The translations under genes and the position numbers were made by a program. Below, in pieces: positions 1 through 10,897 of a stretch of 64,000 bases of DNA. The notes under the pieces are model-generated. The model saw only the letters and a list, made by a program, of their open reading frames with translations. It ran no database searches and was not told the DNA's origin. This DNA is from an uncultured Lachnospiraceae bacterium. Lineage in GTDB: Bacteria > Bacillota > Clostridia > Lachnospirales > Lachnospiraceae. The stretch is from positions 22,583-86,582 of the forward strand of contig CAMWKB010000001.1 in NCBI GenBank assembly GCA_947174705.1, in the 5' to 3' direction. The first letter of the stretch is position 1, and each line of letters starts with the position of its first letter.

Positions 1-1
1 T

Positions 2-481
2 CTGGATATAGCTTTTCTGCTGTGCATTGACAAGACTGTATTTATAAGCGACAAAATAAGTGCTGACGGTATTAAACAGGAAAATCAGATAATAAACCGT
101 TAAATCTATTATCGCAATACCGCCTCTGTCGCTTTCTTTAATTATATATTGTAAAAAGGGAGTAAGTGCAAGACCGATAACCGCTATTACGCCCGCAATC
201 GTAAGATATGCCTTTTTATAAAGGCTCATATATGACTTGATTTTCTCGTAGTCGCGCTCGGCAACCGGTTTATAAAGGCTGTAATTAAGGGCCGTACCGA
301 TACCAAGCTCCGCCAGAGACAACATGCTTAAGATATCGGTATAAAGGGTATTTACGTCTAACAGTGTTCGTCCAAGCACCATGATAAACACTTTTCTCTG
401 GTAAAAACCCATAACAAGAATGATGAAGTTACTGATATAGCCGAAGAAAACATTCTTCTCAGCCTGCCGCACTCTGCCCAT
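2..481 (-). CDS. wzx: Wzx-type polysaccharide flippase, 5' part only (runs off the left edge)
   Basis: Not in the ORF track. Manual translation from ATG at 481: MGRVRQAEKNVFFGYISNFIILVMGFYQRKVFIMVLG...LSLAELGIGTALNYSLYKPVAERD...; hydrophobic MOP/Wzx-like N-terminus, starting just after the GT2 stop. Confidence 0.8.
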   Translation of the reverse strand, partial: MGRVRQAEKNVFFGYISNFIILVMGFYQRKVFIMVLGRTLLDVNTLYTDILSMLSLAELGIGTALNYSLYKPVAERDYEKIKSYMSLYKKAYLTIAGVIAVIGLALTPFLQYIIKESDRGGIAIIDLTVYYLIFLFNTVSTYFVAYKYSLVNAQQKSYIQ

Positions 482-485
482 TTTG

Positions 486-1550
486 CTATCTCTTTCTCTT
501 TAAAATATGATAGAGCCCCAAATATAAATCAGGGAGTCTATTAAAAAAACGCACCTTAAAACGGTAACTTTTGTCTAATCCTTCGTATGCGCCTTTTATA
601 TTCAAAGTTTCTTTCAAAACATTACTGCACTGTCTTCTGATATGAACATATTGTTTACGCTCTATTGCTGGAAGAATCGCAAGCTTTCCCACTACCAGCA
701 TACAGGATATCAGAAGAATCGATGCGGTTTTACTAATGATGTTTGAGTCACAGTTGACACCAGTGTCATAATTTTCTTTATTTTTATTTTCTACTTTTCT
801 ATTCTCTTCCTGAAGATGCTCCAACAAAAACTGCCAACAGCGTATCTGGTCAATGTCTGACTCCCTAAACCGTTTAAGCATAGCTCCGTTTTCATTATGG
901 TAATAGCAATAACCCTTATATTCACTGGAGCTGATTAATTCGGCATTCCTTGTCACATCCCATACAAACAGCATGTCCTCACCGATTGTATAGTCTTCAT
1001 TAAAAAAGTGGCCCTCTATTACCTGACGTTTATAGAGCTTGCTCCAACAGCGGGTGTCATGGTCCAGAATCCCCTCACGTAAAAAATCTTTACCGGCAAT
1101 CAGACGCGGATTCGGAAGTCCTGTTTCCTGCGTCTCCTGCGTTTCCCAATCTTTATCAGTACACCTTATAAAACTACAGCCCGCTATCTGCACACCCGGT
1201 TTTTGTATATCGTCATAAAGCCTTTGAAGGCAATCCGGAAGCAGCCAGTCATCCACATCCACGAACATCAGATAAGCTCCCTTGGCTTCGCGCAGCCCCT
1301 GATTTCTTCCCTCTGAAACCCCTCTGTTCTTATCAGAGAGAATCGCGCGTATACGCCCGTCTTTTTTCTGCCACTCGTTACAAAGCTCAGGCGATTTATC
1401 GGAAGATGCGCCGTCCAATAAAAGAAGTTCCCAGTCCGGATAAGTTTGCGCCAGAATACTTCTGACACACCTGTCAATATAATTCTCTCCGTTAAAAATC
1501 GGAACAATAATACTGATTAAGTTGGAATTTACATTGCTACCTGCTTCCAT
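486..1550 (-). CDS. GT2 glycosyltransferase
   Basis: ISIIVPIFN, LLLLDGASSD, GVSEGRNQG, FVDVDD (DxD) and GED motifs. Confidence 0.92.
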   Translation of the reverse strand: MEAGSNVNSNLISIIVPIFNGENYIDRCVRSILAQTYPDWELLLLDGASSDKSPELCNEWQKKDGRIRAILSDKNRGVSEGRNQGLREAKGAYLMFVDVDDWLLPDCLQRLYDDIQKPGVQIAGCSFIRCTDKDWETQETQETGLPNPRLIAGKDFLREGILDHDTRCWSKLYKRQVIEGHFFNEDYTIGEDMLFVWDVTRNAELISSSEYKGYCYYHNENGAMLKRFRESDIDQIRCWQFLLEHLQEENRKVENKNKENYDTGVNCDSNIISKTASILLISCMLVVGKLAILPAIERKQYVHIRRQCSNVLKETLNIKGAYEGLDKSYRFKVRFFNRLPDLYLGLYHILKRKR

Positions 1551-2710
1551 ATTCTGCGAATTTCGTCTCCTGCTTCTGCTGCCCTTTTGCAGTAATCCGG
1601 CATAATTTCTTTAAGCCTTGTCCGTATAGTTTCTTCATTTTCCATAAGCCATTCATATGCATGAATGAGTTCTTCCGGAGTCTGCAATTTCTGCACCGGC
1701 AATACATAATCTTTCTCAGTTCCGAAAATATCCCTTGCAATGCCAAGCGCCTTGACCGAATATCCTACAACCAGCGTCGGTACGCCGCTTGAGTATGCCG
1801 CTATCGTCGCATGCGTTCTGGCCCCTATAAAAGCCCTGCATTTAGAAATCACATATTTAATATTCTGACACGACATATCCGGAAAGAGAATAACCCTTGG
1901 ATTGTTCTCATAGCCGCTATAAAGCTCGGCAAGTGTCAGCCTGTCGTCGTTATTTTTCCAAACTACATGCGGTATCAGGGCAACACTGTTATCCGAGGTC
2001 TGTAAAATATAATCTATAAGCTTCTTATAATTGGCTATCGCAATGCCTTTCTCTTTCTCATAGTCAACTATCATAGGACTGATATTTATACCTATTGTTT
2101 TACCTTCCATGAAACCTTCCGGTAACGTAATCTCCTGCGGCTTCAACGCAAATGCCGGGTCCGGAAAAAGTTTAACATTGTTTATGACACCAGCGTCATT
2201 TAATGCTTTCTTAGTAATGGATTCCCTCGCCGTAATAAGCGTATACCGCTTCATGTCCTCCACTAACGCCGCGTCTTTTAGCAGCTCCGGCTCTATTGAG
2301 CAGCCCCACAGAATTGTTTTGGTGCCTGCCTTATTAAAAGTGCTGTTTGCCAGAATTGCTTCCTTCTTTAAAATCTCATAGCAGTACATATCTCCGCCTA
2401 TTGATAAATACAACGGAGCAAGGTTTTTGCCAAGCACAGCTCCGAAGCGGTATCGCATGAAGGATTCCGGGTCATGAAAAAGCGCTCTCCAGGCATAATA
2501 CCATACATGAGCCAATAAATGTTCGTCTATTTTTTTTTCCTGTAAAATATCACACAATGGTTCAAGGGAATAAGACTTGTCCTCTTTTTCGCTGTTTGTA
2601 ACAAGCAGCTTGGGGATGTCTGATATCATATGGCAGGTGGCGTTTACTATTGCTTCACAGCCATGGTTGCCGCTGCCGCCATGCAGGTACATTGTTAGTT
2701 TATTGTTCAA
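1529..2710 (-). CDS. Polysaccharide pyruvyl transferase family (WcaK/CsaB-like)
   Basis: GNHGCEAI, SIGGDMY, WGCSI, ITARESIT, PDPAF, IGARTHATIAA and YSVK motifs. Confidence 0.88.
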   Translation of the reverse strand: MNNKLTMYLHGGSGNHGCEAIVNATCHMISDIPKLLVTNSEKEDKSYSLEPLCDILQEKKIDEHLLAHVWYYAWRALFHDPESFMRYRFGAVLGKNLAPLYLSIGGDMYCYEILKKEAILANSTFNKAGTKTILWGCSIEPELLKDAALVEDMKRYTLITARESITKKALNDAGVINNVKLFPDPAFALKPQEITLPEGFMEGKTIGINISPMIVDYEKEKGIAIANYKKLIDYILQTSDNSVALIPHVVWKNNDDRLTLAELYSGYENNPRVILFPDMSCQNIKYVISKCRAFIGARTHATIAAYSSGVPTLVVGYSVKALGIARDIFGTEKDYVLPVQKLQTPEELIHAYEWLMENEETIRTRLKEIMPDYCKRAAEAGDEIRRIWKQVAM

Positions 2711-2754
2711 AGTTGTGTCCTTGTTCCTTTCTGAGTGAGAGCGCGGAAACGCTA

Positions 2755-3777
2755 TTATTTCTTATCATACACTTTCATAATAGTACGCAAAATCATTATA
2801 ACCAACTTATTCGGATGACTGATACCGAAATATAATAACTTGTTAGCGTTTTCATGCACTATAATATTCGTATTATCGATTATCTCCCTAATATCCTTAT
2901 CTTTAAAAATCTTCAAAAGCTTTTCCATATAATTTCTATCCGGATTGCGCAGCTCATTTTTCATTACTAACAGGAGCATGCAGCAGTATTCCTTTCGGAT
3001 GGCTTGTTCGCCGTCCGGAACTTTTTTGTCGGTTATGACTTTTCTTAAGAAGTTCTCTAAGCGCTTAACGCTGTCCATCATATCCGAATCATAGCAGTGC
3101 GCCATGGAGGTTTCCACATAGCGGTAGTGATAGTAATAGGCTTTATCCATGACTACCATTCTGGTGCAGTCTAAAAGGGCGGGATAAACCAGATTAAAAT
3201 CTTCGCCCATGCGGATTGCGGTATCACAGAATTTCTCATTTCCCTCAAAAACAGATTTCTCATATAGTTTCATACAGCGGGATATAGGAACAATCCGCTG
3301 TTCGTTTCCAAGAAGGCGGTCCTTAATCTCCCGCTGAAGCTTTGCGCCCTCATATATGCCGGGCGCTGCCAGGGATGCTGCCGGAACAGTCTGTTTCTGC
3401 TTTTCTAAGATATGATTGCAACAGACAACTTCGCCCTTTTTTCCTATTAAGAGCTTAACCATCTCTGCAAGCATATCTCTCTCAACATAATCGTCACTGT
3501 CAATAAACATGTAATAATCGCCGGTTGCTGCCTCAAGACCGGTAATGCTTGCTGCGGTGCAGCCGCCGTTTTTTTTATGAATGACTTTTACCCGCTCTTC
3601 TTCGGCCGCGTATCTGTCGCATATATGACCGCTTTCGTCTTTAGATTCGTCATCTATAAGCAGCAATTCCAGATTTTCATAGGTCTGCAGTAAAATACTG
3701 TCAACACATTGCTCCAGATATTCACTGCTGTTATAAACAGGCACTATAATACTGATTTTAAATTTATGATTATTCAT
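2755..3777 (-). CDS. GT2 glycosyltransferase
   Basis: ISIIVPVYN, LIDDESKD, FIDSDD, MGED. Confidence 0.92.
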   Translation of the reverse strand: MNNHKFKISIIVPVYNSSEYLEQCVDSILLQTYENLELLLIDDESKDESGHICDRYAAEEERVKVIHKKNGGCTAASITGLEAATGDYYMFIDSDDYVERDMLAEMVKLLIGKKGEVVCCNHILEKQKQTVPAASLAAPGIYEGAKLQREIKDRLLGNEQRIVPISRCMKLYEKSVFEGNEKFCDTAIRMGEDFNLVYPALLDCTRMVVMDKAYYYHYRYVETSMAHCYDSDMMDSVKRLENFLRKVITDKKVPDGEQAIRKEYCCMLLLVMKNELRNPDRNYMEKLLKIFKDKDIREIIDNTNIIVHENANKLLYFGISHPNKLVIMILRTIMKVYDKK

Positions 3778-3792
3778 AGGGTGTCCTTCCGT

Positions 3793-4839
3793 CTACTTAT
3801 CTTTCACAAGGTCTTCATATATCGAAACCAAGTCCTTTACACTCTTACTTATATTGTAGGATTTTACTACCCTTTCCCTGGCGCTTATACCGTATTGTCT
3901 CTTACCATCCGTATCCCCCAACAGATTACATATGCTCTCTGCCAAAGCCCGACTGTCCTTAGGCGAAATCAATACTCCTTCCTGCCCGCTTCTAAGTATC
4001 TGCGGAATTCCGCCAACTTCCGTACTTATTGCCGCCATCCCTTTTGCCATTGCCTCAAGCAGGGATACCGGCTGTCCCTCGAAGTAAGTAGGCAGTACAA
4101 AAACACTGCATTTATCCATGTACAACTCTTTTTGTTCCTGCCCTATCCAGCCAAGGTATTCTACATGTTCTCTTAGCTTATCAGCTTTCTTTTTAAGTTC
4201 ATTGTCTTCCCATACGCCGCCAAGATATAATTTTACATCAGGATATTTCTTAACAACGATTGGTATCGCTTCGAACAATTCCTCAATTCCTTTTTCCTTA
4301 CACAATCTCCCCAAAAATAACAGATTGTGGTCATCATATGAGGTTTTAGGTTTAGGCGGAACAGGTACTGCGTTTTCCAGAATTACAATTTTTTCTTCAC
4401 TTACAATCGGTTTAAAAAAATCCGCCCATGATTTTGAAAGCACTATAAATATCTGTGCCTTATTCATGGTTTTTCCTATTGCTGCCCTGCCCTTTTCGTT
4501 ATTCCTTTTATAATAAAAATTTTGAAAATCGCCGCCATGCTCATGAATGAGTATTTTCTTACCAAAAAACGATGCAGTATTAACGAAAATACGTTTACGG
4601 TAGAAGCTGGCATCCGACGCCATATTTACATGCAGTATATCCATTCCCGGCAAGACTATGAGGAAACGCAGATAGGAGGTAAATGCACGCAACAGTTTAC
4701 GAAATTTACCTGCATCTATCATAGTACCGATATATAGAAGGTCTACCTTCTCATCCAAACCTTCAGCATAGTAATTGTTGACTACTGCCGAAACGCCCCC
4801 ATGTACGCTCCTGTCAGCGCCTATCATAACAACTTTCAC
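3793..4839 (-). CDS. GT4 glycosyltransferase
   Basis: GGV N-terminus, FLGRLCKEKG, EGQPVSLLEAMA (EX7E). Confidence 0.92.
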   Translation of the reverse strand: MKVVMIGADRSVHGGVSAVVNNYYAEGLDEKVDLLYIGTMIDAGKFRKLLRAFTSYLRFLIVLPGMDILHVNMASDASFYRKRIFVNTASFFGKKILIHEHGGDFQNFYYKRNNEKGRAAIGKTMNKAQIFIVLSKSWADFFKPIVSEEKIVILENAVPVPPKPKTSYDDHNLLFLGRLCKEKGIEELFEAIPIVVKKYPDVKLYLGGVWEDNELKKKADKLREHVEYLGWIGQEQKELYMDKCSVFVLPTYFEGQPVSLLEAMAKGMAAISTEVGGIPQILRSGQEGVLISPKDSRALAESICNLLGDTDGKRQYGISARERVVKSYNISKSVKDLVSIYEDLVKDK

Positions 4840-4874
4840 TCAGTTTGATTCCTTTCAGGTATAACAATTTCTAC

Positions 4875-6299
4875 TCACTTTGAACCTTTACCGGTCAATA
4901 CAACCCATACTGTCTGACACAAAATCTTAATATCCAGACCCAGTGTCCAGTTATCAATGTATTCTAAATCATACTTTACCACATCATCAAAATCCACAAT
5001 CTCGCTGCGGCCGCTAATCTGCCATAATCCTGTCAGTCCGGGAGTCATGCTGATACGCCTTCTGTAATGTGAATTATACTGCTCAAATTCATCCTCCGTA
5101 GGCGGTCTGGTACCTACCAAACTCATATCGCCTTTTACAATATTATAAAACTGCGGCAGCTCGTCAATGCTTGTCTTACGTATGAATTTTCCTACCTTGG
5201 TAATACGCGGGTCATTCTCCATCTTAAACATAAGGCCCTGCATCTCATTCTGAGCCTCCAATTCCTTCTTACGCTCCTCGGCGTCAATGTACATGGAACG
5301 GAATTTGTATATCTTAAAACGTCTTCCGTTCTTGCCGATTCTGGTCTGTGCAAAAAATACCGGCCCCGGAGAATCAATTTTAATGGCAAGCGCGACAAAC
5401 GGCGTGGCAACTGCTGTAATTAAAAGCCCAACCAGTCCGCCGACTATGTCAATTAAGCGTTTTATCACCATTCTTCTGTAATCAAAATTATTAAGAGAGT
5501 ATGTTATAACAGTATAACCTGCAAATCTTCCTACCCTCGTCTCTTTCTGAATCCTGTCAATTACATCAATATTATAATGGCAGACTATACCCATAGATTC
5601 CAAATCATATATTATGTGTTTAACATAGTCCTTATCTTCATCCGGCAGGTTGATAAAAACCTCATCAAGCGGCATCTGCCTTGCAATTTCAAGCACATTT
5701 GAACCGTCGGCCGTTACCTTCACTCCTCCGATGACAACGCCTTTTCTGTCAACATCCACACAGGCTAAAGCCACAATTTCATACTCGATGTCCAGATTTT
5801 GTTTAAGACTGCTTAAGGTCTTGTCCAAAACCGCTTCTTTGGCAATGACCATTATTTTGACAATGTTGGACTTGGATGTAAAATAAGCCCTGAGCGCTTT
5901 TTTCATAAAAAGGCGCACCATCCAGACAATAATCATATCAAATACGGCAAAATAGCCCCAGACGCCTCTGGAAAACCGCTCGCCCTGCTGCAGCATAAAA
6001 AGAAGGCTGGCAACCGCAAGCAGCATAAAAACATTGAATTTAAGCACTGCTATAAATTCTACAAAAATACCTCTCGTCAAAAATTCCCTGTTCCAGTCGA
6101 GCATGAAGCTATAGATGGTGCAAAAGAGCAGAAAACAAATATACACCAGAAAGTGGAGTTCAGGCTCCATAACCCTGCTGAATTTATGATAACGTATTAA
6201 GATTGCAATCACGTAGGCTATTGTAATGCTCATAAGGTCTGTAAAAAGCAGATAATAGCCTTCTATAATTTTCCTTTTTCGGTTCACAGCAATAACCAT
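4875..6299 (-). CDS. Undecaprenyl-phosphate hexose-1-phosphate priming transferase (WcaJ/CpsE type)
   Basis: N-terminal TM helices, then KRLIDIVG, FKIYKFRSM, DPRIT, SIDELPQ, GDMSLVGTRP, PGLTGLWQ. Start placed at ATG 6299 behind a GAAAGG RBS. Confidence 0.93.
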   Translation of the reverse strand: MVIAVNRKRKIIEGYYLLFTDLMSITIAYVIAILIRYHKFSRVMEPELHFLVYICFLLFCTIYSFMLDWNREFLTRGIFVEFIAVLKFNVFMLLAVASLLFMLQQGERFSRGVWGYFAVFDMIIVWMVRLFMKKALRAYFTSKSNIVKIMVIAKEAVLDKTLSSLKQNLDIEYEIVALACVDVDRKGVVIGGVKVTADGSNVLEIARQMPLDEVFINLPDEDKDYVKHIIYDLESMGIVCHYNIDVIDRIQKETRVGRFAGYTVITYSLNNFDYRRMVIKRLIDIVGGLVGLLITAVATPFVALAIKIDSPGPVFFAQTRIGKNGRRFKIYKFRSMYIDAEERKKELEAQNEMQGLMFKMENDPRITKVGKFIRKTSIDELPQFYNIVKGDMSLVGTRPPTEDEFEQYNSHYRRRISMTPGLTGLWQISGRSEIVDFDDVVKYDLEYIDNWTLGLDIKILCQTVWVVLTGKGSK

Positions 6300-6366
6300 G
6301 CCTTTCTCTCGGAAACCAATTATATTATCATATAAGAATACCATTTTTCGGGAGTAAATTCAATTC

Positions 6367-7629
6367 TCAGGCCAGAGATTCCGCCTTTTTATCTAATCCG
6401 GTCTTATCCTGCAGGAAATAGGCTCCCATCATCATAAGCATAAAGTTCCTGCCGATATAAATGGAAAACAAATGTGCTTCCACAACGGTATATATTGTCA
6501 TCACCGTAAATATCACCAGCCCGAAGGCATCCTTTTCTTTATAGAATTTCCAAAGCAGCGCCAGACTTGCAATACAGTACAATATTCCCGGTATAATGCC
6601 GTAGCGGTAAAATAACTTCACCCAGCCCATGTCAAAATAGTATTCCATATTGTTAGGCGAAGAAAAAAGTTTCCAGCTTTCAATAGCGCCGTTATTATCA
6701 TCACTGTCTGTCAGTGCCAGAATTCTTCCGTTTATCTTCTGGTCAATCCTCATTAACGCTACAATATGCGCATTGGCCCCATGTCCATACGAAGACAAAT
6801 AAGTCTCCCTCCATTCCGCCCTCCTCACTCTGGGCGCATTTGCCGCCGCATCCACCGAGAAGCCGACACACAGCACAAAAGCAAGCAGGCCGCATATATA
6901 TGCAATCTTTCTCTCACGAAACCATTTGCTATAACTCATAATAAAAGACGCAAGAAGCAGACAGGTTGTAATCGCCATAGAGGTCTTGGAATCCGTCAGT
7001 TTGTACACTCCTACATTTAACAGCATAAGGAAAAGATAAACATACCATTTCATCCTTTCTGAGAACACATAAATTCCCATTGCAAGCAGCATCAGAAACA
7101 TGGCTGCAAGCGCATTTGGATGTCCCATTCCTAAGGTATAGCGGGTCTCCACATAACCTTTTTGGACAAACATATCATAGCCTCTTCCGTAATCCGTCGT
7201 AAGCCGCATATCCCCATAAATGCCTGTCACAGATAAAAACACTATAGCCACGCAGCCGAGTAACGTCACATAAAATGTGTAACGCAACATCTGCTTTAGC
7301 GGAATACCTTTACAGGCAAAAACAAACGTCACTATCCTTATTACATCGTTTTTCCCTGTAATCCTATAGGAAATAAGGGCGATAAGCTCAGTAAAAGCAA
7401 TTAGTATCCACTCTCTACGGCTGTATTCCGTAAGCAGCAGCTTGAGTGCAAAAATGGCAAAAGTAAGCCTGAACAAATACCCCTCTATGGGATTTATGTA
7501 ATTACTTTTGTCAATAATTACCATTCCCAGCTCGATTGTTAAGCCGATATAAAAAAGAAGCTGAGGAATTTTTGTCTTCCAAACCTTATTATAAAAAGAG
7601 TTTAAATAAGATTTCATGCCAATTACCAT
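6367..7629 (-). CDS. wzy: Wzy-like polysaccharide polymerase
   Basis: About 10-11 hydrophobic segments; RYTLGMGHPN, TDSKT and D.G..KL...YG patterns as in Gram-positive Wzy; sits next to the priming transferase. Confidence 0.72.
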   Translation of the reverse strand: MVIGMKSYLNSFYNKVWKTKIPQLLFYIGLTIELGMVIIDKSNYINPIEGYLFRLTFAIFALKLLLTEYSRREWILIAFTELIALISYRITGKNDVIRIVTFVFACKGIPLKQMLRYTFYVTLLGCVAIVFLSVTGIYGDMRLTTDYGRGYDMFVQKGYVETRYTLGMGHPNALAAMFLMLLAMGIYVFSERMKWYVYLFLMLLNVGVYKLTDSKTSMAITTCLLLASFIMSYSKWFRERKIAYICGLLAFVLCVGFSVDAAANAPRVRRAEWRETYLSSYGHGANAHIVALMRIDQKINGRILALTDSDDNNGAIESWKLFSSPNNMEYYFDMGWVKLFYRYGIIPGILYCIASLALLWKFYKEKDAFGLVIFTVMTIYTVVEAHLFSIYIGRNFMLMMMGAYFLQDKTGLDKKAESLA

Positions 7630-7635
7630 GCCTTT

Positions 7636-8562
7636 CTAAACCAGCTTTCCATGCAACTTACGCAAAAAGCCTTTAACCGCGAGTATCCCCTTTTTGAAGG
7701 CAATTCTTATTTTACTGACCGGCGGCGCTATCAGATAATCATATTCTTCCATATGTTCACGCAAATAATCCGGATAGCTTTCGTCAATATCCACACGAAT
7801 AAACTTAGCGTCCCTTCCGAAAATATCTCCTCCGCATAACAGCCTGTCCACTGCTTCCCTAAGATATTTCGCCTCATTATATTCCTGATGCGCGGCTGCC
7901 TGAACCTTCTCACTGATGCGCCTTGCCACGTTCTTTTCACCGTTGCCGCCCATGTAACCAAAATGCCAGCCGCCGTCCGCAACCCTTACGCTCGATGCAT
8001 CCGAAGGCGACACTTCCCTCAAAAATACAATTCCTTCTTCAGGCAGATTCCCGAAACTGCAAACCTTGGTTCCAAGCCACTGTTTCTTTGGTACACCTGC
8101 AAACTCGCCTGTTATCGACAAAAGACTGCCCGAAATTTCTTCCATATTCAGAAAACAGTAAAACATCCTCTGCGCCAGATGATATACTTTGGATGCATCA
8201 AAATTTTCTATGACGCCCTTAAGAACCTTGGGATTAGGAATCTCATCCACATCACTGAATATAATAATATCGTCTGCGTCACAGTTTTCCAGTCCCCTAA
8301 TAAGCTGGTTTTTCTGATACTTATCCCTCTCATGGGTAACGGTTATTTCCGATGGCGTTTTTTCTACAGGCACATATATGATTTTATCCTCAAATTCGGC
8401 AAACATTTTACGGTTTTGCGCAAATATCATCGGTTTGGGTTCGCCGGAAAATGTGACTGCGGCTTCCTCGATGACAAACTTGTCCACGTATGGGGCCATG
8501 ATGTGCAGGCGCAGTTTTAAAATATCCAATTCATTAAAAAATGGGATGCAGTCATAAATCAT
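7636..8562 (-). CDS. GT17 family glycosyltransferase (MGAT3/GnT-III-like)
   Basis: IYDCIPFFNELDILKLRL, FVIEEA..TFSG, SDVDEIP and GWHFGY are GT17 hallmarks. Confidence 0.85.
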   Translation of the reverse strand: MIYDCIPFFNELDILKLRLHIMAPYVDKFVIEEAAVTFSGEPKPMIFAQNRKMFAEFEDKIIYVPVEKTPSEITVTHERDKYQKNQLIRGLENCDADDIIIFSDVDEIPNPKVLKGVIENFDASKVYHLAQRMFYCFLNMEEISGSLLSITGEFAGVPKKQWLGTKVCSFGNLPEEGIVFLREVSPSDASSVRVADGGWHFGYMGGNGEKNVARRISEKVQAAAHQEYNEAKYLREAVDRLLCGGDIFGRDAKFIRVDIDESYPDYLREHMEEYDYLIAPPVSKIRIAFKKGILAVKGFLRKLHGKLV

Positions 8563-8575
8563 CTATTTACTCCTT

Positions 8576-9328
8576 TTATCTCAGTTTTCTCCAGAACAAA
8601 AACGGTCTGATAATATCCTTAACTTTTTGCCACCTTACCTTCAATGGATTTACGAATTTAGGGTACTGTTCATTTCTTCCCCACCACTTATGAAAGATGA
8701 AGGGTTTATCTACATCCATGATCTCAGGAATCATATGCTCGTGACCAAAATATTTGGCTACCTCTATTGGGGCAAAGCTCATTCCGGCATCCTCGATCAC
8801 ATTCTTATATTTACAACATAAAAATGTATCTTCATTGTAATTACCATCTTCCATTCTTTCCCATTTCAGATTCGCCTGCCTTGGAAAGTCCAGTAATTTT
8901 TTGCTGCGTATGGATACGCTGTTGCCTACACGGCAGATATTGCCCTTGGCGTCTCTGTAAGTGGTATTATTCTTCGGAAGCGGCCAGGGTGAGCCGATAT
9001 AATCATAGTCCAGAAATTCCTCACGCCAGCTTTCGGGATTTACTACAAATCCGTCATAATGCACCAGCAATACATAATCCGTATCAATAAAATCTGTAAG
9101 TTCATATACCATTTTATAATTGAAATCATCTATATTCGTCAGCTTTGATGTATGCTTATAATGAATCTCTTTTGGCAGGGAAAAGGGCTTTCTGTGAGTG
9201 ATCAGTACGACGTCGCCAAATTCAATTCCCCTCATACTGTACTGCAATGCCTTAACAGTTTCATAAATATTAACGCTGCTCATTGCCGCCAGCGTAACAT
9301 TCGGGAGCTTAAGCTTCTCCTTTTCCAT
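8576..9328 (-). CDS. DUF5672-like putative GT-A glycosyltransferase
   Basis: LLVHYDGFV, YDYIGSPW, VGNSVSIRS, NEDTF and F.FH motifs. Confidence 0.7.
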   Translation of the reverse strand: MEKEKLKLPNVTLAAMSSVNIYETVKALQYSMRGIEFGDVVLITHRKPFSLPKEIHYKHTSKLTNIDDFNYKMVYELTDFIDTDYVLLVHYDGFVVNPESWREEFLDYDYIGSPWPLPKNNTTYRDAKGNICRVGNSVSIRSKKLLDFPRQANLKWERMEDGNYNEDTFLCCKYKNVIEDAGMSFAPIEVAKYFGHEHMIPEIMDVDKPFIFHKWWGRNEQYPKFVNPLKVRWQKVKDIIRPFLFWRKLR

Positions 9329-9370
9329 ACACTAACCTCCATGATTCCGCTCTGCGGAATCTCATATCTA

Positions 9371-10888
9371 TCAGTCTTTTTCCACAAGGCGGACCGAATG
9401 TTTATGATAATACGTGGTCACCGCTGTATTCAGCCAGTACCATTGGTCTTCGCTTAAATCATCAAAATCAAACAGCGCCGGCTTCATGGAATAAGGCTCT
9501 ACCTCTACATCTCTGACCGAGTCGTCGATATACAGTTCATGACGCTGCATCGCTTCAGTATGATAAGCCTTACCATCTCCGATAACAAGCGAGCGCAATG
9601 CCGAAATACTTGTGTAGGTGTTCTTATCTGCGGTAAATGCCCATACTATCATTACAAGCAGCAAAAATGACACTGTCATCATATTTTGGGTACTCTCTAA
9701 GAAAGTTCCAAGCTGCCTTCCGACTGACGTTGCTTTATTTCGGCCGGATACTTCGCTGTCACGATGGCTTATCCATCCAAGCCAGTAAACAGTAAGTATG
9801 ATAAGGCTCAGATAATATACCATCTGGATAATATTATCCACCCTCGATAAGCCTACCGTTCCCAGACCGTATAACGTCGGCGTGAACATAGCCGATATAA
9901 TGCAGTACACACCGGCAGTCACCAATACGGGATGCTTGAAATCCTTATCAGACGCCTTGGCAATCCTCCACAGTACCGGAAGCAGCGCCAGCCACACCAG
10001 TATCACAAATACATAGGTCCATTGCACCATAAAAACAATTGAATAATAAAATGATAACAAAACCGCAGGTATTGGTGAATATCCAATAGCCGTATCTACC
10101 TGCGCCCTTACCCTGTGCCCCGGTGCAAGTACGTTGCACAAAAACCCCGCCGTATATGTCAGATATGGTATAAGTGCAAAAATAAGTTTGCTGCGTTTGG
10201 CAATGAACACATATATTAACAGCAGCAGCAAAAGCACTTCCGCCTGAAGCGTAGTAACAAGATTGCATCCCGCATTTATCGGCGCGATTATGGCCGCAGC
10301 GGCACAGCATATGGACGCCTGAGCTTTCTTTTCTCCCCAAATCGCACATGACACAAGTGTCAGTATTATAAATAATAACGATTCCATGAATATATAATGT
10401 ACTGAACCGTTATACCAGTATATACCCTCAAATGGAGCTTCAATTACCTGATAAAACATAAACAGCATTATAAACATTACAAAAGAAGCGCTGTATTTAT
10501 CACTTCCAAGCCATCTGGTAAGTATCTGCCTGCCCAGCAAAAAAGAAGATACGGAAAACATCCCTATCATAATGATTGGAACAACAAATGCGCTGTCATA
10601 CCAGAAATTCATAGGACACATAGACATTAAGAAGCAGGAAGTATAGGCTCCCTGTATGTTCATGAAAACAATTTTTACCTGTTCAAACGCAGTGAGCATG
10701 CACTGATACAGTGAACCTGTTGCAATCCACGTATCATGAACCAGCCTGCCATAATCATAATCGTCAATGCACATCACATTATATCTGCCAAGCAAAAGCA
10801 AGGGCAGCAGCGACGCTAAAAACAGGATTGCCGCACATACCGTCATGCTTTTTATGGAAATACGATTAATCCTATTTATCATAAGCAA
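9371..10888 (-). CDS. Multi-pass membrane protein, DUF6056-like/GT-C-like
   Basis: IDDY acidic motif after TM1, IYWYNGSVHY, LAPGH..R; about 12 TM segments. Confidence 0.6.
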   Translation of the reverse strand: MLMINRINRISIKSMTVCAAILFLASLLPLLLLGRYNVMCIDDYDYGRLVHDTWIATGSLYQCMLTAFEQVKIVFMNIQGAYTSCFLMSMCPMNFWYDSAFVVPIIMIGMFSVSSFLLGRQILTRWLGSDKYSASFVMFIMLFMFYQVIEAPFEGIYWYNGSVHYIFMESLLFIILTLVSCAIWGEKKAQASICCAAAAIIAPINAGCNLVTTLQAEVLLLLLLIYVFIAKRSKLIFALIPYLTYTAGFLCNVLAPGHRVRAQVDTAIGYSPIPAVLLSFYYSIVFMVQWTYVFVILVWLALLPVLWRIAKASDKDFKHPVLVTAGVYCIISAMFTPTLYGLGTVGLSRVDNIIQMVYYLSLIILTVYWLGWISHRDSEVSGRNKATSVGRQLGTFLESTQNMMTVSFLLLVMIVWAFTADKNTYTSISALRSLVIGDGKAYHTEAMQRHELYIDDSVRDVEVEPYSMKPALFDFDDLSEDQWYWLNTAVTTYYHKHSVRLVEKD

Positions 10889-10897
10889 TATCTCTCC

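Noticed and set aside
1120-1146. 9-bp repeat encoding ETQETQET in the GT2
   Set aside because: Short in-frame loop expansion with little significance.
2530-2538. T9 tract (also 8-mers near 32123, 48306, 48353 and 49499) as phase-variation switches
   Set aside because: Frames are intact and such A/T runs are expected in low-GC DNA; no poly-G/C tracts were seen.
7888-8520. Long antisense ORFs (also 39683-40201, 49211-49708, 54409-55083) and the other small nested ORFs
   Set aside because: They shadow well-supported minus-strand genes and show no recognisable motifs.
9353-9362. Small hairpin GATTCCGC-TCT-GCGGAATC (about 9343-9361)
   Set aside because: No U tract and too short to assign a function.
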